Below, one piece after another: positions 1 through 12,777 of a stretch of DNA of 64,000 bases. The notes below the pieces were generated by a model, which was not told the DNA's origin, made no database searches, and worked only from the letters and a program-made list of their open reading frames with translations. Source of the stretch: Hemiscyllium ocellatum (lineage: Eukaryota); contig NC_083435.1 in NCBI RefSeq assembly GCF_020745735.1, forward strand, positions 24,985,231-25,049,230, read 5' to 3'. Position numbers and translations under genes: made by a program. Each line of letters starts with the position of its first letter. Position 1 is the stretch's first letter.

Positions 1-789
1 CTTCAATATCAACTTTCCTCTATTATTTCTGGCCTTACTGATTTTACTGATGAAATCGGACACTTGCACTGCTCAAAACAAACAGATTTCAGTGACTGAC
101 CGTTTTAAATTTAGCCGCCATTCTGTTCTATTGACACCAATGGGCTTGAATTCAAGGGTGGCATTTGAAGGGAATCTGTGCAAAGCCAACAGTTTCCTGT
201 CCTTACTGATGTTCAGATTCGCAGATTCTCCCTTTTTTTTTAGGTTTGTACATTTTTATCAGGATCAATAGCATTCGGCCTGTCAGAGAATCGTGGAAAA
301 TTAAACCGGAAGTGACAAATTTGTTTCTTCCCACGGTGGCTGGGCATTCCCATCATGCTTCATTTGCCATTTCAGAGTGCCAGGGTCCACAATCTTTATT
401 TGCTTTACTGTGCGTTCTGTGATCCGTTGAATAGAAAGGGTTAAGTATCAATTAGCAGAGCCAATGGTTATTGGATTAATACGAGTTTGTTTTACTTCCT
501 TTGATTTGATGACAAAGTGTAAAACGTCTCTAATTACAAACTAAGTGATTGAGATCCAACACGTTACCGACGTGAATTTTCTTTCATAAAGATCATTTTG
601 TCCCAGTTACGCTAATGAACACCGTCAAGTAGAAAGCATAGAAACTAAAAATACTTTAGAAACCGATCAAATTAATAAATTCAGCATGTTAATAATATTA
701 TCAAATATGGCATCTTTGTCACAGGCTTCATGTCATAGTATCATAGAGTCCTGCGATGGAGAAAAGGTTTTTCTGCCCATCATATCCTC

Positions 790-2350
790 ACCATCAAAAC
801 TAAATTGCTACATGGTCGAGTCTCATTTTCTGGTACTTAATCCACAGACTTCAATGTGATGACAGTTCAAGTGTTCGCCCAAGTACTTGTTAAAGTTTGT
901 GAGGGTTCCAGCCTTAACTATCCTGCATCGCACACCCCCCTCCATCTCACCCCACCCCACCCCCTCTGGGTGAAACCATTTTTCCTCAAATTCAGTCTAA
1001 ATCTCTTACTTTCCACTTTAAATTTATGTCCCCGTGTTGTTGACCCTTCAACCAATTGGGGCCTTCCATCCACCCTCTCCACGTCCCTCATAATCCTCCA
1101 CATTGTATCAGGTTCCCCCCTAAACTTTCGCTACTCCAAAGCAAAAAAGAACAGCCCGAGCTTACCCAGCCTCTCTTCACAATAAAAATGCTCCATCCCA
1201 GGCAACATCCTGGTTAATGTCCTTTAAAGCCCTTCCGGCACAATCACATCCTTCCTATAGTGTGGTGACCACAGTTGCACACAGTACTCCAAATGTGACC
1301 TTACCAAAGTTATGTACAGTTCAAGATAACTCAGCAGTCTTATGAAGATAAGCATCCCATAAGCATTCTTAACTATTCCGTTAACCTTTCCTGCCACCTA
1401 CGAGGATCTGTTGACAAGGACCCCAAGATTCCTCTGTTACTCCGAGCTTCCCAGTGTCCTGTCATTTGTTGAGTATTCTTTTGTCTTGTTCTTTAATCAA
1501 CAGTGCACAGGTTTATTAGGGGTAACTTTCATTCACTCATTGATCTGTCAATCTGACCAATCCAATTATGTTCTCTTGTACCCTAACACTTTACCCCTCT
1601 ACTAACAATCTCGCCAACCTTTGTGTTATCTGCAAACTTATTTGTCATCTCCCTTCTAAATTCTTAACTAAATTCCTCATAAGTATTACAAACAGTAAAG
1701 GATCCAGCAATGATCCCTGTGGTACACGACTGCACAACGGGCTCCAATCACACAAACGGCCTTCTACCACCATTCTCTGTTTCCTGTCACGAAGTCAATT
1801 TTGGATCCATTAGCTTTTACCTTTCTTATCGGTTTCCAATGAGGGACTTTGCCAAAGACTGTGCTGAAATCAAAATAAAATATCAACATTCCTACTCTCA
1901 CACAAACACCTTCTTGAAAAAAAAGAATAATTTTATCTTTCGGTATTTTCTAGAATAGTTTTCCTATCACTGATGTTCGACTTACTGGTCTGTAATTCCC
2001 CGGTCTATCTCAACCGTCCTTGCAAAGTGGAGCAGCATTAGTTGTCCCTCAGTCCTCTGGTACCTCCACTGTAGCCAGAGGCGACTTAAACCTTTGGGTC
2101 AGAGCCCATATAATGTCCTCCTATATCTCCCATATTAGACTGGTATGCAAGTCACCCGGATCAAGGGATTTGCCTCCTTTTAAAGCTGGGGAAAACTTCA
2201 AAAACCTCTTCACTCATTTTGCTGAAGAGCTTCAAAGTCCATCTTCTGGAATACTGTATTAGTATCGTCCTGCTCTCGAGTAAAGACAGATGTGAAGCAC
2301 TCACTTAACATACGCGAATGTCCTTCGGATTTACACATGCATTGCCCCAT
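790..2350 (-). mobile_element. Degraded CR1/HER1-type LINE fragment (3' part of ORF2)
   Basis: Minus ORF 918-1103 reads ..TRGHKFKVESKRFRLNLRKNGFTQR, a typical CR1 ORF2 C-terminus. Similar to the other CR1 copies in the window. Confidence 0.75.
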
Positions 2351-2769
2351 TCCTAAATTATCAGTATGCCACTTATAGGCATGTCAAAGAAAACCGCGTT
2401 GTGTCATCCATTTGAGACGGTTTACAGAATATTACGTTAAAAATCCATTCTACTGAACATAACATGGCGAGAAACCAGTGAGACTTTTGAGGAAGTGGAT
2501 ACCTCTCATTGAAGTAAAGGCAGTCTGGTGGAGTACTATCTGATGTTTTGATGCTTCCTGTAGAAAATGACTGATCTTTATTCGAGGCAAATCTCGAATT
2601 ATTACAACATGCGTTGATCGACAGAATTACTGCACTCAAATCATTTATGTCTTTTCAGCACATCGACTTGGATTCATAAAAAGATTGAATCACGTCTCAT
2701 GAAAATAGTTGAAGTTTTTTGAGGAAGTCCCCTTCCCGCCCTTGAAAACCACCTTCCAACCGCAACAAT

Positions 2770-3690
2770 GACAGAACCCACCCCGGTCCTTACATTCCAC
2801 CTCATCCGCCTCTGAATGCAATGAATTATCTTCCGCCACCTACAGTCAGACCCCTCCACCAGAGATATATTTCCCTCCCCTCATCCCTCTCAGCATTCCG
2901 CAGGGACCATTCCATCTTTGACTCCCTAGTTTAGTCCATACCATCCACCAACCCACCGTCCACTCCCAGCACCTTCCCTTGCCATCACAAGAGGTGTAAA
3001 ACCTGCGCCCACACCTCCCCCTTCACCTCCATCCAAAGCCCCAAAGGGTCATTCCACATCCGGCAGAGATTTTCCTGCACATCCAAACACCTCATCTACT
3101 GTGTCTGTTGCTCTCATGTGGTCTCCTCTACATTGGGGGAGACAGAAGCAAACTTGCAGAATATTTCAGAGGACATCTCTGGGACACATGGACTAACTAA
3201 CCCCATCACCCTGTAAGATCATATCAGCTCCCTCTCCCACTCCGCCAAGGGCATGCACGTCCTGAGCCTCCTCCATAGCTACATCCTAGTCACCAATGAC
3301 TGGAAGAAGAACACCTCATCTTCCACCTTGAGACCCTCCAATCACTCGGAATCAATGTCGATTTCATCAGTTTCCTAATCTCCCCTCCCCCAACCTTATT
3401 CCAGACTCAACCCTCCAACTCAGCACCGCTCTCTTGAACTGTCTTATCTGTCCATCTTCCTTCCCATCTATCCACTCCACACTCCACTCCGACCTACCAT
3501 CACCTACCTTCCCCCCAGCCCCAGCCTACTCCCATTTATCTCTCAGTCCCCTTGCCTCTCTTCTACCCCCCCATTTTCCGGATGAAGAGCTTATGCTCAA
3601 AACATCCGCTCTCCTGCTCCTGGAATACTGCCTGACCGTTTTGATTCTGATCTCCAGCATCTGCAGTCCCCACTCTCTCCTGCAAAGTTA
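2770..3690 (+). mobile_element. Degenerate Penelope-like element 3' fragment (GIY-YIG region and tail)
   Basis: Homologous by eye to 12053-12836 (cacctcatctactgt..., cattggggagacaga). Ends in a decayed hammerhead/tail motif near 3575-3680. Confidence 0.75.
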
Positions 3691-5388
3691 GCACAACCCC
3701 TGTGCTGTAAGGGTCAGCGGACCCGAAAAGTTAACACTGATTTCTCTGCACAGATGTTGTCAGACCGGCTGAGCTTTCCCAGCATTTTCTGGTTTGGTAC
3801 AGCTCTAGTGCTGCTGGCTTTGCAAATGTTGTAACAGCACTGATTTCATTCAGGAAGCCGCAGACTGAATATTAGTTTGGGTAACTATTTCAGAAAGATG
3901 TTTAACAGTTTTGAAACCATAGAGCCACAGTAAATTGCACAACAATTATACATAAACTATCCACCTGACTGGTAAATTAACATGACGATAATTCTGCTCT
4001 CTCGGGAACTGGACACTTGGCAGGACTCCACTTTCGTCTTTAGGGAATTGGAGCCAATTATATCTACCCCTCCATTTGGTGAACTATACTGGCTTAGTTC
4101 AGCTGCATCTTTCTTCCTTCTAGTACTCATTCCTCCAGAGAATAGTTTTCCTCTTTTGCATTATGTTAGCTCTTCTGATGTTAAAGCAGCCATTTGCTGT
4201 AATAACTTAATCACTAATAATTTGAAACTACTGGAAGACTAATCACAAACTGCATTAGTTGCAATTTGTTTCTGCACTCTGGGCTTGCCTGGTTGGCAGC
4301 TGTACTATGAATTTCTCAGTATATGCTAAAACATCCCATCACTCTCCGTGAACTCGACGGGTGACCACGCGATCTAGCCTCTCATAACGAATTCACTGCA
4401 CTTATAAAAATTATAAATATGCTGTAGATGAGTCGAGTGGAAAATGCAAAATTCTATAGAACAGCAAAGTGCTAGTTGAAATCTTATGATCTGTGCTCCC
4501 AAACTAAAACAATCAAAATGGATGCTCTCAAAGCACATCAATCATCCGACAAACATGAAGGAGTCACTTGACTGTTACTCTCCATGGAAGTATCAACTGT
4601 TAAGTTACACTATGTAGGGGAATGGGTGTGGGTGGGTTGCACGTCGGTGTGGACTTGTTATCTCGAAGGGCCTGTTTCCATACTGCAAGTAATCTAATCT
4701 TTGGGTGGCGGGAGGAAACCGGAGCAGACACGAAGAGAATGTGCAAACTCCACGTTTCCCAAGGCTAGAATTGAACATGGGACTCTGGCATTGTGAGGAA
4801 GCAGTGCCACCGTGCCCGCCCTAATGCCGGATGGTAGGTGCGAATCACTGAAATGTAGCATTAATAAAAAAGAAATCCGAAGCTCAGCTGAACAGACAAC
4901 ATCTGTGAAGAGAGAAACAGAGTCGATGTTTCAAGACTGAAAGTAGCTCTTCAGTTCCGAAGAAGTCATATTTTGGTTTAATTTGATTTACTATTGTCAC
5001 ATGGGCCTGAGTACGGTGAGAGATTTGGTTGTATGTGCAGTATAGGCCCTGTAAAGTCCACCAGGGTAAGGCAATGGTAGAGTATAATGTTATAGAGAAG
5101 GTGCACAGAGATCAAGATCAACATTACAATTAAAATGTGAGAGGTCTGTTCAGAAGTGTAATGACAACAGCGGGGAAGAAGCTGTTCCTGAATATATTCG
5201 TACGGGTGTACAAACCTTTATTTATTTTACAGGACGGAAGAGGGAGGAAGCCAATACAATCGGGGTTATATCAGACTTGATTCAGAAATGTAGCTTAATA
5301 CTATTGTCGTGCTTGGCTATTTAGGCTCACTTGTCGAAGTCAAAAATTACACAACACCAGGTCATAGTCCAACAGGTTTTATTGGAAG

Positions 5389-5423
5389 CACTAGCTTTCG
5401 GAGCGATGCTCCTTCATCAGGCG
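5389..5423 (-). ncRNA. Minimal type I hammerhead ribozyme motif
   Basis: Minus strand cgc-CTGATGA-a-GGAG(catcg)CTCC-GAA-AGCT-A-gtg: intact core, 4-bp helix II, palindromic AGCU helix III, predicted CUA cleavage site. Confidence 0.65.
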
Positions 5424-5433
5424 GTTGATCAGG

Positions 5434-5468
5434 TATCTGATGAAGGAGCGTCGCTCCGAAAGCTAGTG
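5434..5468 (+). ncRNA. Minimal type I hammerhead ribozyme motif
   Basis: tat-CTGATGA-a-GGAG(cgtcg)CTCC-GAA-AGCT-A-gtg; predicted cleavage after 5465. Confidence 0.65.
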
Positions 5469-6507
5469 CTTCCAAATAAACCTGTTGGACTATAACCTGG
5501 TATCGTGTGATTTTTAACAATGAAGTAATACAGAGAGTAGCAATGTCAGAATCACATTTTTTTTTGCATTCTTCTTAAGCCTTAGTTGTTGAAAAAGTAA
5601 TTACCGACGTGCGGTAAATGTAACAGAGCAATGAAGGCAAAATAAACGGATTATTAGAAATTGGAGCCAAGATGGTGTCAACACTTTGTACCAAACTTTG
5701 TAACATACAGACCATGTCTATTTGCATACCAAGGGACACATTTGTCAATGTAATAGCCGAAAACGAGCAAAGTCGAGCTCTTCCAGTGAGCAAATAATAA
5801 CCACGCTAATATTTGAGTCAAATCAAAACTTCCTGGAAAATCTCAGTAGGTCTGGCAGCGTCTGTGGAGAGAAGGCAGAGTTAATGCTTCGGGTCGAGGG
5901 ACCTTTTTTCAGAACATGTATCACATTAACTCTACTTTCTCTCCACAGATGCCGTCAGACCTGCTGAGTTTGTCCAGCAATTTCGTTTTTGTTGCGGTTT
6001 TGTTTCAGATTTCCAGCATCCGCAGTTCTCTGGGGTTTTTTTGGGGTGATGTTTGAATTTTGGAATAAACGGGGTGAGGGTATTTTCTGCGTCGGTGGAA
6101 GGGGGCAGAAGTGGCAGAGATAGAATTCTCGCCGCTTAGCCTTGACTTGGAGTAAGACAGATCAGTGAACATTTGTACAGGAAGGAGCGATGGAACCAGT
6201 AACACAGATGATGTTACGGTAGAAATATGAGATTGATGAGCAATAGATGCTAATATTCAGATAGAAATTTCAAGGTAGGGTGGGAATTTCTATAACAGAA
6301 GTGTGATTGTACATGGCTCGACCGTCATTTGTTTGTCACAGTCCACTTAGTTAAATTAGATTACCTGTATTTCGATTTCAGTACTTACTCGGATGCACCA
6401 ACTGACCACAGTGTCTGTATGCTTTCTATGGTACTCCACTGAAGTTCATGTTCTCCTAAGTATATAGCCACCTATTAACTTGCTGCTGTGAACACATAGA
6501 GTCGCAG

Positions 6508-6819
6508 GTGGGCGGCACGGTGGCACAATGGTCAGCACTGCTGCCTCACAGCGCCTGAGACCCGGGTTCAATTCCCGACTCAGGCGACTGACTGTGTGGA
6601 GTTTGCACGTTCTCCCTGTGTCTGCGTGGGTTTCCTCCGGCTGCTCCGGTTTCCTCCCACAGTCCAAAGATGTGCGGGTCAGGTAAATTGGCCATGATAA
6701 ATTGCCCGTAGTATTAGGTAAGGGGTAAATGTAAGGGTATGGGTGGGTTGCGCTTCGGCGGGTCGGTGCGGACTTGTTGGGCCGAAGGGCCTGTTTCCAC
6801 ACTGTAAGTAATCTAATCT
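6508..6819 (+). mobile_element. Full-length HE1-type tRNA-derived SINE
   Basis: ggcggcacggtggcaca..ggttcaattccc A/B-box head, central domain, and a CR1-like tail ending gtaatctaatct. Near-identical inverted copy at 57521-57831. Confidence 0.9.
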
Positions 6820-7140
6820 TCCTATCCACCAGATGTACAGCACGGAAACAGACCCTTCGGTCCAACCCGCCCATGCCCACCAGATATCCCAAGCCAATCT
6901 AGTCCTACCCGCCAGCACTTGGCCCATATCCCTCCAAACCCTTCCTATTCATATACCTATCCAAATGCCTCTGAATTACCCATGGATTTGGAAGATTGGC
7001 GATGTCTGTTTCAGCATGACATGGTTAATTTTGAAAGGGTTCATTTGTAGGACGCGAGCTCTTCCGCTTGATGCAGTACGCAATAATTTTCATAAAACGT
7101 GCAGCTCACCCGGTAACTCGCGTACATTAACCATTTGCAG

Positions 7141-7479
7141 CAGCTGCTGTTGGCAATATCACAAGTCATTCAAAGCCCGGAAATTCTCAGTAAAGAGCCC
7201 GGTGAGGCAGCGCGCCTGGGCTGTTGGTATCAGGGGCCCAGTGCTATCGGCGGTTACACGTGGCACCGAGGCATTGCACAAGGGAGAGAAGTCTCCAACA
7301 ACACACCGGAGTTCCGAGGCCGAGTGGCCGCGGCTAGTCAAGAGGATTTCAGGGAGAGGAGAGACGCCTCGACCAGCATCACCGATCTGAAAGCGGAGGA
7401 CACCGGATTCTATATCTACAAAATTGTTCTCGTGGGAGTGGGTGAAGCCTATGGAACAGGGATACAGTGGTCGTGACAA
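7141..7479 (+). pseudogene. NCR3: Gene A: NKp30/NCR3-like V(J) exon, disrupted
   Basis: Acceptor ccatttgcag| and donor |gtaagt bound a 339-nt exon. The Ig frame reads LGCWYQGPSAIGGYTWHR..GREVSNNTPEFRGRV..DTGFYIYKIVLVGVGEAYGTG, which matches human NKp30 motifs as recalled (AIGSVTWFR, GKEVRNGTPEFRGRL). Lesions: +1 near 7163 (stop at 7191-7193 in the splice frame), F-strand Cys to Tyr, and -1 near 7466. Confidence 0.85.
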
Positions 7480-8244
7480 GTAAGTGGCAAATATTCGACC
7501 TCTATACGGCTGGCGGAAAACAGACAGAAAGTGCTAGAGAAACTCAGCAGGACTGACAGGATCTGTCCGGGGAAGAAATGGAGCCCATATTTCATTCAGT
7601 TCCGCAGAAATCTTATCAGACTTGAATCAGAAGTGTAAAATCTTAGTGCTATAATACTTAATTTGACACCCTCGATGTAGGTGGTGGAATCCAGACGCAT
7701 AACAGGGTGGCATCTGTTAAAATAATAACGTTACTGGCTTACCCGTTTCCCAGATTTTGAAGTGATTCAGGTAGTCAGGAAATTAACGATGGCAAATTAC
7801 ACATGCCTAATATCAGCCTAGAACTATCAAACCAGGACTCTATTCTTTGTTAATGACGGAATGGCGAAGCACCCAAAGAAATAATACAGAGAGCAACAAT
7901 GCTGAACCACATCTCTTACGTTCTTCTTAATTCTTTGTTGTTAAGCCGATGGGCACAGACTGGAACAGAACAATGAAGGAAAAAGTAACGGATTGTGAGA
8001 AATTGGGGTCATGATGTTGTTAGCACACCGTACTAAACTTCGAAACATACCGATCAGATCTGATTTCACAGCAAGGGACAACTTCTGAGAATAACTTTGA
8101 CCTGGAAAATAGCAAAGTCGAGCAATGACCAGCTCTCCAAATGAGCACAGGAAAACCTCGGCACACCCGGCAGCATCGGTGGAGGGATAGCAGAGTTAAT
8201 GGGTCGAGGCAGAACATGAGTCATTGTACCTGACATGTTCACTC

Positions 8245-8520
8245 CGCTTTCGTGGCACAGCTGGGTGGCACTACAGCCTCAGGGACGCGGGTTCGCTCCC
8301 ACACTCGGGTTGACGGTGTGGAATCCGCACATTCTCCCTGCATCTGCAGATGCTTTCTCCTGGTGCGTCGATATCCTTCCACTTTGGATATGTGCTGGAT
8401 TGGGAAATGACAGATTGCCCACAAGGTCTAGATTAAGGAAATATAGGGTTGATCTGCATAGGAGGGTCTTTGTGCACTCGATGGGCCGAATGGCATGCTT
8501 TTACACTCCAATAGAATTCT
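8245..8520 (+). mobile_element. Degraded HE1-type SINE
   Basis: Collinear but diverged match to 6508-6819. Confidence 0.7.
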
Positions 8521-11304
8521 ATGAGATGTCTCCAGCGATTTCTGATTTCCAGCATCTGCAGTTCCTTGGCGTTTTAGTTTATAACTGAATCTTGGAATAA
8601 GCCGGGTCTCTGTGTTTCGTTTTCTGGGTTGGAGTGGAAGGGGATGGGGAATGGCAAACTTTTTTTATGAATGGCATGGATAAAATTCTGACTGTTTACT
8701 GTGAAAAAAAGTCATGAAGTGCAGTAAGACCGATCAATAGGCAATTTTGAAAGAAATTGTACCAAAACCAAAATCGACAAAGTTCTAAATGATAGCAACA
8801 TTTGGGATAGTGCATACAGTGGTCAATAGATGTTGATAGTGGGACTACTTGAGATAAAATTAAAACTTCAGATAACCGAAGTTGCTAATAGTTTGAACCA
8901 CATTTGCTTGCTATAGTCCACTTGCCAATTTTGTTTCGATCATTATGCTCGATTATGATTGTGTTCGATATGACAACCACTATAGGGATACTACTGGTGC
9001 TTATGAGGTGAAATTCCCCTCAAGCCCAGATACTAGCGATTGTTCTCCGCACCCTTGCACATGTCCCAATGCGTTTTCTGAAAATCCAACAGAGCTGCAG
9101 AGTCTGAGATCTGGGAATAGCAGCAGTATCTCGACCACCCAATAGGGTGCACTACAGTTAATCACAAATCCCCCATCCACACCCGCGACCTCCGCCGTCC
9201 AGAATCAGTAAAGAGAGACCCTTGATGGTAGGTTGTCTTGAGGGCCACCACATCTCATGTGAAGAGAGAGGTTGAGACAGAGAGACTTTCACGGTAATCT
9301 CAGCCAGAGTGTGAATTGAGCACACACATGGGTTGCTGCATTGCAAACTGGCCTTGCAGCCAAGTGAGCCAGCATTGCTTTACAAGGGTAGCCTGACCAT
9401 TATGAGATGCAAGGTATGGACTCGATGGGTGTATTCCTGATGAAGGGCTTTTGCCCAAAACGTCGATTTTACTGTTCATCGGATGCTGCCTGAACTGCTG
9501 TGCTTTTCAAGCAACATTCTAATCTAGACGAGTGGCCTGCGCCTACACTGTAGGGATTGTAAGATTCTATGAAAATAACTGCCGCAATCCTTCTCCTCCA
9601 AGCAACACACGACCATGACTTGGAACTAAATAGACAATAGACAATATACAATAGGTGCAGGAGTAGGCCATTCTACCCCTCGAGCCTGCACCACCATTCA
9701 ATATGATCATGGCTGATCATCCTTAATCAGTATCCTGTTCCTGCCTTATCTCCATAACCCTTGATTCCACTATCCTTGAGAGAGCTCTCCAACTCTTTCT
9801 TAAATGAATCCAGAGACTGGGCCTCCACTGCCCTCTGGGGAAGAGCATTCCACACAGCCACCACTCTCTGGGTGAAGACGTTTCTCCTCATCTCTGTCCT
9901 AAACGGTGTACCCCGTATATTTAAGCTGTGTTCTCTGGTTCGGCACTCACCCATCAGCGGAAACATGCTTCCTGCCTCCAGAGTGTCCAATCCTTTAATA
10001 ATCTTATATGTCTCAATCAGATCCCCTCTCAGTCTTCTAATCTCAAGGGTATACAAGCGCAGTCGCTCCAATTTTTCAGCCTAAGATAAGCTTGCCATTC
10101 CAGGAATTGACCTCATGAACCTCTGCTGCACTCCCTGAATAGCCAGAATATCTTTCCTCAAATTTGGAGACCATAACTGCACACAGTACTCCAGTTGCGG
10201 TCTCACCAGGGCCCTGTACAGCTGCAGAAGAACCTCTTTGCTCTATATTCAATCCCTCTTGTTATGAAGGCCAGCATGCTATTAGTCTTCTTCACTACCT
10301 GCTGTACCTGCATGCTTGCCTTCATTGACTGGTGTACAAGAACACCCAGATCTCTCTGTACTGCCCCTTTACCTAAATTGATTCCATTTATTTAGTAATC
10401 TGCCTTTCTGTTCTTGCCACCAAAGTGAATAACATACATTTATCCACATTAAACTGCATCTGCTATGCATCTGCCGACTCACCTAACTTGTCCAGGTCAC
10501 CCTGTAACCTCCTAACATCCTCATCACATTTCACCCTGCCACCCAGCTTAGTATCATCAGCGAATTTGCTTATGTTATTCCTAATACCATCTTCTATATC
10601 ATTAAAATATATTGTAAAAAGCTGCGGTCCCAGTATTAATCCCTGCGGTACCCCACTGGTCACTGCCTGCCATTCCAAAATGGAGCTGTTTATCACTACT
10701 TTTTGTTTCCTATCAGCCACACAACTTTCAATCCAAGTTAGTACTTTGCCCCCAATACCATGAGCCCTAATTTTGCTCACTAACCTCCTATGTGGGATTT
10801 TATCAACAGCTTTCTGAAAGTCCAGGTACACTACATCTACTGGATCTCCCTCGTCCATCTTCAGAGTTACATCCTCAAAAAATTCCAGAAGATTAGTCAA
10901 GCATGATTTCCCCTTCATAAATCCATGCTGACTCTGACCTATCCTGTTACTACTATCCAGATGTGTCGTAATTTCATCCTTTATAATAGACTCCAGCATC
11001 TTTCCCACCACTGAGGTCAGACTAACTTGTCTACAATTTCCTGTTTTCTCTCTCCCATCTTTCTTAAAGAGTGGTACAACATTAGCCACCCTCCAATCTG
11101 CAGGAACTGATCCCAAATCTAATGAACTCTGGAAAATAATCACCAATGCATCCACAGTTTCTCGAGTCACCTCCTTTAGTAACCTGGGATGTGGACCATT
11201 AGACCCTGGGGTAAAAAATGAGGTCTGCAGATGCTGGAGATCACAGCTGCAAATGTGTTGCTGGTCAAAGCACAGCAGGCCAGGCAGCATCTCAGGAATA
11301 GAGA

Positions 11305-11340
11305 ATGCGACGTTTCGAGCATAAGCCCTTCATCAGGAAT
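11305..11340 (-). ncRNA. Minimal type I hammerhead ribozyme motif
   Basis: Minus strand attc-CTGATGA-a-GGGC(ttat)GCTC-GAA-ACGT-C-gcat: intact core, ACGU helix III, GUC site. Helix I pairing is weak in this copy. Confidence 0.6.
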
Positions 11341-12741
11341 AAGAGAGAGAGAGCCAAGCAGGCTAAGATAAAAGGTAGGGAGGAGGGACTAGGGGGAGGG
11401 GCGATGGAGGTGGGATAGGTGGAAGGAGGTCAAGGTGAGGGTGATAGGCCAGAGTGGGGTGGGGGCGGAGAGGTCAGGAAGAGGATTGCAGGTTAGGAGG
11501 GCGGTGCTGAGTTGAGAGAACCGACTGAGACAAGGTGGGGGGAGGGGAAATGAGGAAACTGGAGAAATCTGAATTCATACCTTGTGGTTGGAGGGTTCCC
11601 AGGCGCAAGATGAGGTGCTCCTCCTCCAGCCGTCGTGTTGTTGTGTTCTGCCGGTGGAGGAGTCCAAGGACCTGCATGTCCTCGGTGGAGTGGGAGGGAG
11701 AGTTAAAGTGTTGAGCCACGGGGTGATTGGGTTGGTTGGTTCGGGTGACCCGGAGGTGTTCTCTGAAGCGTTCCGCCAGTAAGCGGCCTGTCTCACCAAT
11801 ATAGAGGAGGCCACATTGGGTGCAGCGGATGCAATAGATGATGTGTGTGGAGGTACAGGTGAACTTGTGGCGGATATGGAAGGATCCCTTGGGGCCTTGG
11901 AGGGAAGTGAGTGTGGAGGTGTGGGCGCAAGTTTTACATTTCCTGCGTTTGCAGGGGAAGGTGCCGGGGCTGGAGGTTGGGTTGGTGGGGGGTGTGGATC
12001 TGACGAGGGAGTCACGAAGGGAGTGGTCCCCTCCCCTATCAGCGTTCCGCAAGGACCACTCCCTTCGTGACTCCCTCGTCAGATCCACACCCCCCACCAA
12101 CCCAACCTCCACCCCCGGCACCTTCCCCTGCAACCGCAGGAAATGTAAAACTTGCGCCCACACCTCCACACTCACTTCCCTCCAAGGCCCCAAGGGATCC
12201 TTCCATATCCGCCACAAGTTCACCTGTACCTCCACACACATCATCTATTGCATCCGCTGCACCCGATGTGGCCTCCTCTATATTGGTGAGACAGGCCGCT
12301 TACTTGCGGAACGCTTCAGAGAACACCTCCGGGCCGCCCGAACCAACCAACCCAATTACCCCGTGGCTCAACACTTTAACTCTCCCTCCCACTCCACCGA
12401 GGACATGCAGGTCCTTGGACTCCTCCACCGGCAGAACACAACAACACGACGGCTGGAGGAGGAGCGCCTCATCTTGCGCCTGGGAACCCTCCAACCACAA
12501 GGTATGAATTCAGATTTCTCCAGTTTCCTCATTTCCCCTCCCCCCACCTTGTCTCAGTCGGTTCCCTCAACTCAGCACCGCCCTCCTAACCTGCAATCCT
12601 CTTCCTGACCTCTCCGCCCCCACCCCACTCTGGCCTATCACCCTCACCTTGACCTCCTTCCACCTATCCCACCTCCATCGCCCCTCCCCCTAGTCCTTCC
12701 TCCCTACCTTTTATCTCAGCCTGCTTGGCTCTCTCTCTCTT

Positions 12742-12777
12742 ATTCCTGATGAAGGGCTTATGCTCGAAACGTCGAAT
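12742..12777 (+). ncRNA. Minimal type I hammerhead ribozyme motif
   Basis: attc-CTGATGA-a-GGGC(ttat)GCTC-GAA-ACGT-C-gaat; helix I attc/gaat; predicted cleavage after 12773. Confidence 0.7.

Larger units (their letters stand above)
5343..5517. mobile_element. Fold-back (palindromic) Penelope-derived element of the AGCU-hammerhead family
   Basis: Arms ~5343-5420 and ~5437-5517 are reverse complements with few mismatches, and each carries a hammerhead core. Confidence 0.85.

Noticed and set aside
4245-4301. Possible decayed gene A leader (SQTALVAICFCTLGLP|gttggc)
   Set aside because: No ATG, an in-frame stop just upstream and a weak donor; cannot be supported.
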